Below are positions 25,101 to 36,877 of a DNA stretch of 64,000 nucleotides, piece by piece. The DNA comes from Podarcis liolepis. Taxonomy: Eukaryota. How positions within the stretch are numbered: position 1 is the stretch's first letter; each line of letters opens with the position of its first letter. The stretch lies in the NCBI GenBank assembly GCA_965112155.1, contig OZ218098.1; one strand, written 5' to 3'. Under the pieces are notes generated by a model, which saw only the letters and a program-made list of their open reading frames with translations, was not told where the DNA came from and made no database searches. Both the position numbers and the translations under genes were made by a program.

Positions 25101-28100
25101 TACACACTGTGATGTATAATGTTGGGTATTGTTTGCCATATTCTATAATTCCTGCCATCACAGATCCTAACCTGAATTTCCCAGAACTCCACATACAGAA
25201 AAGTGTGTATATACTGTATGTGTGTGTTTTTAATCAGTTTTAATCTGACTTACTTTTATCTCTTAGTCCAAAGCATCTTTCAACAATAAAGGCACCATTG
25301 TTTGAAAATGGATATTCCTAAGTTCCCCAATGAATTAAATCATAACTATCCTCAGTGAAACCAACGATCACTATACCTAGTTAGGCAAGTGGGCCTAATG
25401 TGATCTGTGCTCCCCAAGGAGTGAAAAGGACACAAGGTTCTCCTGTGCTGGATCACACCTTCTTTTTCATGAGTCTTAGAAGAAGGGTGAGAAGCCACGT
25501 GATGTCATCTCGATCTCAGGCTTTTTCAACCACTCACCTCTTTTTGTACCTTTCAGACTGAGGAACTGTGGCCTGACTTCTGTTTCTGGCAGAGACCTTT
25601 CCACTGTTTTCAGTACCAGTCAGAAGCTGACAGAGCTGGAACTGGGTTGGAATCCTTTACTGGGAGATCAAGGAGTTCAGCTGCTGTGTGAGGGGTTGAA
25701 GCATCCGAACTGCAAGCTGCAGAGCTTGGGGTGAGGAGCACCATGCTGTCCCTTTCAGAGTCAGACTGCCAAAGCCCAGAGCTGGTGGATCAGGTCTAGT
25801 GTTTTTTTTGATAAGCAGGTGGTCTTACCAAGCAGGTGATCCAATTTTTTTAGGCCTTAGCCAGCACTTTAAGATGGACTCAGAAATAACACTGGGGGCC
25901 AAGGTGAATCAGGCAATGGTGGAATCGTAAGCTCAAAACGGCACCAGCTGCAGTTTTAATTTTGCTTTAAAAAATAGTTATTATACTGCTGTATCATAAA
26001 AATATATAATAGTAATTTGCAACAATATAAAACATAAAACCAAACAATAACATCATAGCAAGTTAAAGGCAAAAATTTTAAAAAATATCAGCAGTCCATT
26101 GTGGGGGGATGCACTCTTAATTGTCTGCATAGGCCTGGTGGAATAGAAAAGTTTCCCGCAGGCATTTAAAAGTTGGCACAGAAGTTACATGCTGAATCTT
26201 TATTAGCAGGGTGTTCCATAGGATCGGGCCAGTGACGCTAAAGGCTCAGCTTTTCGTTGTTGTCAAATGAGCCTCACCAACTCGGGGAATGACGAAAGGT
26301 TTCTGAACGTTCCTCAAGGGCAGTCACACACAGATCATCCTGCAGTAGTCTAAACCAGGGTCATGTTTTGTGGTCCTCTCCAACACACACTTAAAGATTG
26401 AATGTTTGAGGCCTCAGAACTTTTTATTTTTAAATTTAGGAAGAGAATCATCATGGCACGAGTTGATGTCTTCTCATGCCATGTGTTTTTCTTTCGTGTT
26501 TTGCACTGCACAACCAACCAAAATTCTGCTCTGAACCTTCCAGAGCAGATTTTGGGGAGGGGACAAAGAGAAATCAGAAGTCTTGCAGATCACCCACTGT
26601 GGTGCTGCAATCCCCAAAGTTTTTTTGTGGGCTCCCCAAGACCCCCCCCCAATTAATTTGTCCATTTAAAAAAAGTGTGCATTTTGCTGTGTTACTATAA
26701 TGGCAAAAAAGTGAACTGCTACCCTCAGACCCAACCTTGATAGCAATTAATTGGTCACAGTTATTGAAAATAGCACACAATAGCTGATAGGAAAGCCTTT
26801 GGGATAGCAAACTTGAGGACTGCAGTCTTCACTGTTCCCACATTTCTACTTTGGCCACACCCACTCTGGCATATGGCATGGGGAGGAGAGAGAGAGAGAG
26901 AGAGAGAGCACTGCAGTGCAAATGGGATGCAGCTTATCTTGGTTGCAGCTTGAAGTATGAAAGAAGCAGAGGCTCAGCAAGTGCCCCCCCCCAAAAAAAG
27001 TAATAACAATTTTGCACACACTATGCAGGTTGGACAGCTGCAATCTCTCAGCTGCCAGTTGTCAGGATCTCATCCCTGTTCTAAGTACCAGCCGGACTCT
27101 GATGAAGCTGAACCTGGAATGTAACAAAGTGGGAGATGCAGGAGTGAAGCTGTTGTCTGAAGGACTGAGACATCCAAACTGCGTACTGCAAACTTTATTG
27201 TAAGTGGGAGCCAAATTCCTTCCGTGTGAAGTCCTTGGACAGCTTACTTTCAAGGAGCCCTGGGTAGATCAGGGGTCCTGCTGGACATCATAGTCTGGTC
27301 TCTTGGTTTCTGTAGAGTTGTAGGATCATTCATGCCTTTATTCTTCTTGATAAAACAAAGGATAACCCACCCTGCCTTCCTGAAAGGGAGGGATGAAAAT
27401 CTGACAATATCGCAAGCACTTATTATTTCCTCTTCCCTGCAAAGCAGAACCAGAGTAAACCAGCAGTCTGTAGGAACAGACCTTCAGACTGGCCTCCATG
27501 TAATTTCCATTGAGGACCTTCTGTTCAGCTACAGTTGCATAAAGGTATTAGGAAATGTTTGATTGACCAGGAAGCTCAGGTGTGCATTCAGTGTCAGGGT
27601 TTTCGACTCCTCTTCTAAACCTCTTGCAATTGCAAAATCCGTGTGTGAACATCCGGCTCACGGGTGTTTCCTCCATCCCATATATAACACCAGGGACGGA
27701 ACTGGCCAGTTTGAAAAGGGAGACTCGGGAGCACATTCCTGCTTCTTCATTTCTAGCCACTGGCAGAATTTAGCACTTTCTGGCAGCAAACGAAAAGCCT
27801 TCCTTTGCAGGTACAGTTTGAACAATCAGGGCTGCACAGGAGGACTCTGTTGACAGCAGGTGACTGACAGGTGGTTGACACCTTAACTATCTTAAAGCAC
27901 AGCCAGGTGGCTCTTTTTCTTAAGTCGTGTTGAAGCTGGTTTGGGAGGAAATGCATCAAAACACAGCCTTTAATAGGATCGCTGCAGCATCGATATGGAT
28001 CGTCGGTTGCAGCTAACTGGACACAGAGTAAATGGGAGCATGTGCCCAGCCTTTGCGGCAGTGAATATCATGTTATAGGTGAGGCCCTGGCTGAAGGGTC

Positions 28101-28756
28101 TCAACCTGAGTTTTACATCAGAACCATCCACAGATCACGGTATACATGCAGCTTAGCTATGGAGGCAGACAGCCTTCCTTTCATCACCCACCAATTATAG
28201 GCTGCATCAGCTGTAAAGTGAAGAAATTCACTGACGTGATCACTGCGATTTAGAGTGGAAGGGCTGTTGTTTCACAACATATCTTCTTAATATCAGAGGG
28301 TGAAATAGAAGGGGCCTGTAGAAGTGAGTGAGCCATGTTTGCACTTGTTGGATCTGTTTGTTTTCTCTTGCAGGCTGGACACAAATGAGCTCAGCCCTGC
28401 CTGTTGTGGGGATTTCAGCTCCATTCTCAGCACCAGCCAGACATTGACAGAACTGGCACTAGAATATAATGGACTGGAAGATGCTGGAGTGAGGCTGCTC
28501 TGTGAGGGGCTGAAGCAGCCCAGCTGCAAGCTGCAAAAACTGAGGTGAGCAGCGGCTGGGATTTGTGCTGTGGAGTTCCACGTATTGCAGAATACAAAGA
28601 AATGTCTGCTCTCAAGGGAAATGAAAAGAGGTGATTCCCTTTTGCACAACTATAGCATCCTTGATCCAGCATATTGGGGAGAGGGTTAATATATTTGCAT
28701 GCAGGAACAAATAGCTGTATACTTTAAAATAGCAGAAAGAATATGAACATAGCCCC

Positions 28757-28820
<64 letters not shown>

Positions 28821-31800
28821 TTGCTTGATAAACATAGCAGAAGAGGAAAGGCGAAGGAATGTAGAGAGAAGAGAGGAATAACCTGAAGGTAAGGAGGAGG
28901 GGAAATGGATCATGACCCAGCACTCCCGAGGGCCTTCAGAGACGCTGCTTGCTCTCTGTGGCTGATCCAGCTGGCTTTGCAGATCTCTCAGCCATTTCTG
29001 TCACTTCTAGGGGGCCACACTTTGTCATGGGCACTGTAGTCTCCCTGCAGGTTTCTCATCATGGATCTGTTGTGCTTACTGACATGCTTGTCTTCTTTCT
29101 CCACCCACCCACAAATGAGGGTGGACCGGCAGAGCCAACCAGTTTTCACCTGCTTGTTGTTCTTGATTTCCTACCCCTCCTAAAACGTCTGGCAGCAGGA
29201 CTGTGGCCATAGGAAGAAGGCAGAGTTGCTCTGAGAGCCTTTGCATCACATACAGAGTGGGATTTGTACAGACAAACCCAGCACACGTGGCACAAGGTGA
29301 TCTGCATGAAAACCTGAAGGGAATTTAGGTTTTCTGAGCAGAGCTGATTGCTGCTGCACTTGCCTTGGGGCAGGGAAGGGCCCTAGCTCTATGTCGAAGG
29401 GAGGGAACTATCCTTGCTGAACTACAAGCCCCACCATCCTTGCCGTGTTTGCTGGGCCTGATGGGAGTTGTAGTTCAGCAGCATCTAGAGAGCCAACGGT
29501 TCATCACCCTTGGTGTAAGCTGCCATCCCCTTGCACCAGGTGGGTCCCATGTACCTCTGCACTATTCAGCAGCACAGGAATGAAGGTAGAGTCAGATAGT
29601 TGAAAAAGACTCAGAGGTGAGTGTTGGCTCTTAGGAACATGAAAGATAAACTTTCTCATGCATTTGGAAGGACAGGCCTGGAAACATGAAATAGACAACA
29701 AAGTCTGGTCAGTTTTAATTGACTATTGAGACCACACAGAGGAGTGTGAATAGGAGCAGGCTGTGTGCTTGTGAGTGAACCAAAACCACATACACAAACC
29801 AAAATCCTTCCTCAGAGTGCCTGCACAGCTGCAATGTTACTTTGAGTCCTTCAAGACTCCTTCATCCTGACAGTGGCTAGGAATAAAGGCTTCAGGGTCT
29901 TCTAGCAAGCAGAAGCTGTTTGTGGAGGAAAACGTGAACGGGAGAGGTTTTTCTTTCATCTTTTCTTTCTCACACAGGCTGGTCCGATGTAATATTACAG
30001 CTGCGTCTTGTGAAGATCTCTCTTCTGCTCTCGCAGTCAGACAGACTCTGACAGAGCTGGTGGTGGAATGTAACGAGCTTCGAGATCCAGGGGTGAAGCT
30101 TCTGTGCAGAGGTCTGAAGCATCCGCACTGCAAGCTGCAGCTCCTCAAGCAAGTAATCGGCTGGATCCCTCTGGGGTTGGATAGCATCTTTGGAGCCCAG
30201 GTTGCCCCCCCCATGAGAGTGAAGGGACCCTAGAAATGCTGCACCCCAAGCAGGAGCCAGACCGACCCTTTTGTACAGTCAAGCCTGTTGAGGCATCACT
30301 TGTTTCTGTTCAGAATCACAGTATTCCAAGATCCCTTCCTAATTTTTGATTTCTTCACCTTAACTATTCATAGGCTATTAACAGGTTGTCCCTCACCCCC
30401 ACCCCAACCAAAAAAATTGGTTTACATTTCCTGCCATCAAGTGCTGAGAGCAGAGGTCAGCAACCTTTTTCAGCTGTGGGCCAGTCCACCGTTCCTCAGA
30501 CCATGTGGTGGGCCAGACTATATTTTGGAAGGGGAAAAAAGAACAAATTCCTATCCCCCACAAACAACCCAGAGATGCATTTTAAATATAAGGACACATT
30601 CTACTCATGTAAAAATATGCTGATTCTCGGACCATCTGCGGGCTGGATTGAGAAGGTGATTGGGCCACATCCGGCCCCTGGGCCTTAGGTTGCCTACCCC
30701 TGACTGAGAGTGTCACTACACATCTTCTCTGCCTGAGTTTCAGAGTGAGAAGTTTCTGCACCTCCAGGAAACTCTTTGAGGAACATAGAAGCCCATTTTT
30801 GCTCATTGAATGGGTTCAGTAGCAGCTACTGTCAGCTGAGGCATGACCAAGAAAGCCCTTGTCATCCAGTTTGTTACATAGGGGCTGCAGGATAATTGCT
30901 GCAGGTGACAGGAATTGTTTGTATTTGAAGAAAGTTGCGAGGTGATCTGAAGAAACAGGAGAAGGGTCTTTACACTTCAAGCCATCCCCTTAAAACCCTG
31001 TTCTTCCATGCCCTGCCGGAATCCAGTTGTGCAGAGTGATGGAGGAAAGCAGAGGGATGGAGGAAAGCAGAGGGACTCTTCTAGCTTTTGTGTGAACATA
31101 ACACAGCCAATGCTTTTTTTCTCCTGCAGCTTGTACAATTGTGATCTCACCGCTGCCTGCTGTGCAGATCTTGCCTCTGTCCTCAGCAGCAACCAGACGC
31201 TGACCGAACTCTTCCTGGGAGGTAACCAGCTTGGGGATTCCGGGGTGCAGCTGCTGTGTGAGGGACTGAAACATCCAAAGTGCACGTTGCAGAAATTGTG
31301 GTAAGGGAGAACTCTGTTCCTTCGGGTTCAGATCATGAGCACAGTGCTTGTGGGTCCGGAATTATGTTCTGTTGCATTTGAGGAATCTACCGTATTTTTC
31401 GCTCTATAAGAGGCACTTTTTTCCTCATAAAAAGTAAGGGGAAATGTGTGTGTGTCTTATGGAGTGAATGCAGGCTCTGCAGCTATCCCAGAAGCCAGAA
31501 CAGTGAGAGGGATTGCTGTGCAGCGCTCCCTCTCGCTGTTCTAGCTTCTGGCTTAGCCGTGCGAAGCCTCTTCAGAGCAGGCGGAGCATTCATTTCACTG
31601 CCCTGAAGAGGCTTCGTGCGGCTATCCCAGAAGCCAGAACAGCGAGAGGGATCACTGTGCAGTGCTCCCTCTTGCTGTTTTAGCTTCTGGGATTCAGAAT
31701 ATTTTTTTTCTTGTTTTCCTTCTCCAAAAACTAGGTGCATCTCATGGTCTGGTGCGTCTTATAGTGCGAAAAATACGGTAGTTTTCATGGGGAAAATCCC

Positions 31801-34770
31801 TCCTTATCCATCCATCCATCCATCCATCCATCCATCCATCCATCCATTCATACCTCTCTCTCTCTTGTTTTCATTTTTATAGTCTTTATATGTGCACTTT
31901 CCTAATCGCAAAAGTACACATGCCCTAGCCAAAGGAGGCCCTTCCCCACTCCAGGCTAATTTCTCCTGTGTTTTCCATCCCTCTAAGTGGACTTTAGCTC
32001 TTCCCTTGCCCACCCCATTCCTCCCCTCCCATCTCCAATCTACGGTCCATCCCACCACAATGATACATGGAGGCATTCAACACAGCGCTGTGGAAATCAC
32101 ATTTCAGATTCCCAGATGGACTGATCCCCTTCTTCTTCCTCCACGTCCTGCTCTGGGGGCTCTCTTAACTTCTCCTTGAGCCAATTTGGGGTGGGGGTGT
32201 TGCAGAGGGAGTGCCAGGCGAGGAGAGAGGAGAAAGGCACATTGCACTAGCAGGACTTCTTCTTTAAAAGCTGCCCAGTATCTCCTGCCCTTTTGGTGTC
32301 CTTTCCTAAGGAAACTCCCTCCACTCACCCAATTCAGTCATGGCGGTCTCACCATAAACCACAGGGGCTCCCTCTTCTACCCCTCCTGAAACCCATGGTC
32401 ACACAAGGTGCACTTGTGTCCTGCAGCTTGTGTAGCACTGAAATCACAGCAGCAGGTTGGGGAGAGATCTGTTCTGCCCTCAGCACAAACCAGATGCTGG
32501 AACACATTGATTTATGGAACAATCCATTGGGAGATTCAGGAATGAGGCTGCTGTGTGAGGCACTGAAACACCCAGGCTGCAAGCTTCAGATTTTGTCGTA
32601 AGTAAGAAATCTTCCTATCTACACAGTTTTTTTATCTGTTTTAATCTGTTTTTGAATAATTCAGTTTTTCCTATCTACACAGTTTTTTTATCTGTTTTAA
32701 TCTTTTTTTGAATAATTCACTTTTTCAAGAACAAAAATATTGTCAGGAAATGAGATGCTTAACAGAAGGTAACAGTGAGAAGAACATGGAAATATGATGA
32801 AGCTTTTCCTTCCAACAAAGAGTGAGGGCTAGTAACTTTTCTCTTTACAACCCCCCGAAACCCCAACAAAGCCTGAAAGCTGAAATTCTCAATAGGTAGC
32901 TTTTCATAGCAAATTCTGTTCTATGAACAAATGTAACAGCACTGAAACACAATAAGGAAAGTACAATGAATTTGACTAGTTAAGAAATTTGGATCACTGT
33001 GAGTATAGGCAGCTCTCAGTGTGTGACCACGGATGCCCACACCACTTTCAGACCTGGAAGAGGGTGTAACGGGGGGGCTCATGCGCACTCCACCAACAAC
33101 GGTGACGCGCATGAAGATGTGGAATGCAACCCTGGCACAAATTGGGGGTTGCCTGTAATATATCAAGAGTTCTTCCAAACTGTTGCCACCCTCATACTTT
33201 GTGGAGTTGTAGTTACAAGTAAGGAACAAGTCAGCAGGCCCTCCCATCCTAGCTGTTTGGGTTTTTTTTCAGGTTATGGAATTGTGAATTCACCTCGGCT
33301 TCCTGCAGGGATCTCTGCTCTGCTCTCAGCACCAACCAGAGTCTGAAGAAGCTGGAGCTGGGGGGTAACAAACTGGGAGATTCCGGAGTGAAGATGCTCT
33401 GTGAAGGACTGAAAGACCCAAGCTGTGGACTGGAGGAAATTGAGTAAGTTGCAGGCAGCTTCCTTGATGTGCAACGTTCATTTGAGGAGCTGTGTGGTTG
33501 CCTAAGATAGGCTCTCCAGGGGCAGAGATGCCCCTGACTTTTAAAGTGGAAAGTTAAGAAAACAAGGCAGGAGAAGAACCGAGGGAGCCAGTGTGACAAT
33601 CAAACCGTGAGTCGAACCGGGCAGGGGGACATCAAGGGACAAGGGGAAATTGCCTAATCAAGAGTGGCATTTGTGAAAGAAGTCGAGAACAGGAGCATGC
33701 TTACCTGTGGAGGTCTGAGTCACTGTTGGCGGATTGTTCCCAGGAACATATTAGTACATAGAGAATGGAATGTATAGTATTGTTCTTAGTATAATGATTA
33801 AAGCCGATGGATTATGAATGGGGAGCCTGTGGCCCTCCAGGTATGTTTGGACTCCCATTGGCTCTGTTGGCTGATGGGATTTGGAGTCCAGCCACAGGTT
33901 CCTGCTCCATGCTGTAGAAGGTCCTTTTCATGAGAATCGCAGGCTTTGAACTAGACCCGTTTACTTGATATAATCAAATACGTCTGTTACTTAAGCACTA
34001 AAAACACGTCTCGGGCTTTTGCATCTAAGCACTACCACTGAACCCTGGGTCTCTGCTCCTTACTTAGAGATACCTCCTTCACCGAGTTTTTTCAACCCTG
34101 ACTTGTTCTGATAAGCACCAAGGAGTCCTATAGAATTCCAGTGAGCATAAGTGTGATTGCATGCATAGGCAATTTAGCTGTTTAAATAAGGAAGGAAATG
34201 AATGAAGAATAAAGCCCAGTGGAAGCTTAAATGGCTGTAAGGAGCCTGATAAGGCCCATTAGTCATCTCTGTACTTTTGACTTTCTCTCCATGTAATTGG
34301 GTTGGGGGGTGGGGAGTGTACACAGTACATCAGGGGGCTAAAAAGATTTGCCATTTTAGCAAATACCTGTGAAAGTGGTGTGCTAGAATAGAATAGTATG
34401 TCTTAAGAAACCATTCTTAGCAACCTCAGCAGGTTTAAATGTCACAATTTCTGTCCTGCAGAACCTTCCCTAGAAACTAATTCCAGGGGACGAGAGGAGT
34501 TCCTCCCCCAGGAAATGTTCAGCACCACCATGCAAACTTGCATATTAAAGTGGGAAGCAGGGACCTCAAAACTGCCTTTAAAAAAAAAAATCACTTAAGT
34601 TTTGTAGTGTGTATAAGTTGTGCATGGTCTTTGTTGCCATTTATAGGAGGCAACAGAATGTTTCTTTCTCTTCCATTCACAGACTCGATATTGACGAGTT
34701 ATCTGAAGACACAGTGAGAGAGCTTAGTAGCGTGAAAAGGATTAAGCCTGACCTGGTTATAGGCACATAG
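19083..34770 (+). CDS. NLR-B: NLRP6-like NACHT-LRR receptor lacking a pyrin domain, ~1075-1078 aa
   Basis: Start is either micro-exon 19083-19104 spliced to 19909, or ATG 19896. NACHT exon runs to 21577, then 22450-22536, 24622-24792, 25557-25730, 27029-27199, 28374-28544, 29978-30148 (GC donor), 31130-31300, 32427-32597, 33273-33443, 34683-34770 (TAG). From ATG 19896 the sum is 3228 nt = 1076 codons. Segments [28 protein letters not shown] and C-terminal [22 protein letters not shown] resemble mammalian NLRP6 as I recall it. Symbol withheld because orthology is untested. Confidence 0.88.
19258..19343 (-). mobile_element. Sauria-SINE-like 3' end fragment
   Basis: aaggtaaagaacccctggacagttaagtccagtc...gctcatct is the reverse of the (ACCTTT)-ending squamate SINE as I recall it. 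Confidence 0.55.
19896..21577 (+). CDS. NLR-B FISNA/NACHT exon
   Basis: 561-aa ORF: [10 protein letters not shown] (FISNA start), Walker [10 protein letters not shown], Walker [28 protein letters not shown]. Donor CA|gtaagt at 21577. Confidence 0.93.
21780..22130 (-). mobile_element. L2-like LINE 3' fragment
   Basis: Short AT-rich repeat followed by cccgcccatctggctggg...ccactctgggc...gggaggatgttccacagggc; related stub at ~12555-12630. Confidence 0.55.
22951..23330. mobile_element. Adjacent/nested CAGTG(G/A)TACC MITE remnants
   Basis: TA|CAGTGATACCTTGGTT ... AACCAAGGTACCACT, then repeated CAGTGGTACC termini and an internal sequence like the 16896 MITE. Confidence 0.65.
28760..28815. repeat. 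(TA)n microsatellite
   Basis: Direct reading. Confidence 0.95.
30451..30702. mobile_element. hAT-type MITE
   Basis: Termini CAGAGGTCAGCAACC / GGTTGCCTACCCCTG; 8-bp flanks GCTGAGAG / ACTGAGAG (7/8 match). Confidence 0.7.
31390..31778. mobile_element. Tc2/pogo-like MITE, family 2
   Basis: TIRs CCGTATTTTTCGCTCTATAAGA / TCTTATAGTGCGAAAAATACGG with TA flanks; internal inverted copies of gctatcccagaagccagaacag. Confidence 0.85.
31807..31848. repeat. (CCAT)n microsatellite
   Basis: Direct reading. Confidence 0.9.
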
Positions 34771-35976
34771 GAGCCGCTATGATGACAGAGGACAGGAATG
34801 GTCATGGATGGAGTACCTGGATAGCTCTCTGTTGGGAACTGGGATTCCACCAAACCACATCATCTCCTGCTTCAATCACTGGGAAGCAACAAAACCTACC
34901 TTCAGGCCATACTGAGAATCGGGAATTGAAGCAGCAGCCACATCCGCAATACTGCCCTGCCCAGTTTCTGCAGCCAGTTTTACTTACTGGTGTAGGACTG
35001 AGTGTAGGACTGTTTGCTGAACAAATAATAAATTTCTGCCCTGTTTATTCTGTTGCTGGTTGGTTGGTTGATGTGAATGTGAGTGTTCCATGAATTCTGC
35101 TCTTCTCAACAGAACTGTTTTTTTTTTTAATTGTGTTTCACGTTTCATTTGTATGCCTTGGTTTCTCCTGGGTTTTTCTACCCCCTAAAGGCTGAAGCTT
35201 CACCCTTTGTTCTATTTTATCACGTCTTGGTTGCCTTAGTGCACCAGGATACATGCTCCGTCTTATCCACACACCAAACACACTGGAATTGGGATGCATC
35301 ATACATTAGCTACATCTTGCTTACATTATATTCTTATGAAGGGAGACCAGCTTCCCCATTTCACTTCATGCTGTAAAAATATACAGACAGAAATCCTGTT
35401 CACCAGCTTTTATTTCTGGCAAGAATTAGTCTCCTCTCCAGTCAAGCATTTGGCTTTACCATAAAGCAGTACTTGCTCCAGTCCCATGGACTAGGATTCA
35501 CCCCACCTAGAGTGCATATAAGAGGCATTTTTGGACCTACAAACCCACTGAAGATGAAAATGCAGGTTTGTACTGGTCACCTGAGAGGATCTGCCCTCCT
35601 AAGGGAAGAATAGAGGAAAGATCCTGCTTCATTAATCATAGCTTTGAGTCCAGCACAGATCAAGCATGCCTGTGTGTCCATCTTCCAGTCTGCTTCCACC
35701 TTCCTCACACACAACTCTGGCTATTGTTCTCCTACCTGGCATCTAGGTGAGAAGGGGGAGGTCCTCCCATTTGTCCTTTTGCACAAAGCAACTTCTTTGG
35801 TTATGTGGTGCTTAACTAGCCAGCCAAAGCCATTGCCTAGACAAAGAAACTGGTTTGGTAAGCTTGCGTTTATACATTCCAAACCCAGCCACCACGGTAT
35901 CATAGGTATGGAAGAAGCACAGAGTATCAGCCAGAATGGCCATTCAACATTACACAGCCATTCAAAAAAGGAATTG

Positions 35977-36461
35977 CCGTATTTTTTGCTCCATAAGACA
36001 CACCTGACCATAAGATGCACCTAGTTTTTAGAGGGGGAATGCAAGATAAAAAATATTCTTTAAAGGGAGTGCTGAGCAGAGCCTATATGCATCCCAGGTT
36101 CTGCTCAGTGCTCCCTTTCACGAGCTTGCAGGCTTTTCCCCGAGGAGGGAAAAGGGCATCCTGTCACTGATGAGCTGCCCTTCTCCCTCCTCGGGGAAAA
36201 GCCCCCAAGAGCCGCGCACACGCTCCGCGTGGCTCTTTAAAGGAAACGGGGCTCTTGGGGGCTTTTCCGGGAGGTGAGGGAAGGGACTGAGGGGCTATCC
36301 CAAAAGCTAGAACAGCAAGAGGGAGCACTGCGCAGTGATCCCTCTCGCTGTTCTGGCTTCTGGGATAGCTGCGCAGCCTGCATTCGCTCCATAAGATGCA
36401 CACACATTTCCCCTTACTTTTTAGGAGGGAAAAAGTGTGCCTTATAGAGCAAAAAATACGG
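35977..36461. mobile_element. Tc2/pogo-like MITE, family 2
   Basis: CCGTATTTTTTGCTCCATAAGA ... CTTATAGAGCAAAAAATACGG|TA; shares internal blocks with the 31390 copy. Confidence 0.85.
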
Positions 36462-36579
36462 TAAATAGAGAGATGGACAGAAGGAGGAGACACTTTTATG
36501 AATGAACTGTAGTAAGGAAATCAAGACCAAGCCTCACGCTAAACAAGATAGTGACGGGATTATGGTTCCAAAGAACATA

Positions 36580-36877
36580 TTATTCAGTACAAATAAACAT
36601 TTCCTGATCAGGGCAGAGTAGGGGGTGGGCATTGTGCAATCGAGGGGTTTCCAGCCATTGTCTAGAAATGTACAATCTTAAATATCATGAACTATGCTGA
36701 CTCTTGTGAAAGCAAGTATTGCACAATAATGGGGTTCGGCAAAGCCCTTTCCCAAGGCAAGAATTTCCTCATTCCTGTTTACACAACTGTTTGGGATTGC
36801 CATATATATAAGCCCCTCCACCGCCACTTGCCTCTGTTTCACCCAGAGGAGCGGCCAAGAAAGTTCTGCAAGGAAAG
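36580..36877 (+). promoter_or_regulatory. Ficolin proximal promoter (TATA, C/EBP and FOXA-like sites)
   Basis: TATATAA at ~36803-36811, ~70 nt before the ATG. C/EBP-like palindromes ATTGTGCAAT (36631-36640) and ATTGCACAAT (36718-36727). Forkhead-like AAATAAACA (~36591) and TGTTTAC (36776). kB-like GGGGTTTCC (~36644). Confidence 0.55.

Noticed and set aside
7651-33443. Ribonuclease inhibitor (RNH1) gene suggested by RI-like LRR exons
   Set aside because: All LRR exons splice in phase onto NACHT exons and end in their own terminal exons, so they belong to the NLRs.
2505-34770. A single giant double-NACHT gene
   Set aside because: NLR-A has its own terminal exon with a stop (16122-16124) and AATAAA; its LRR exons end in phase 2 while B's NACHT acceptor is phase 1.
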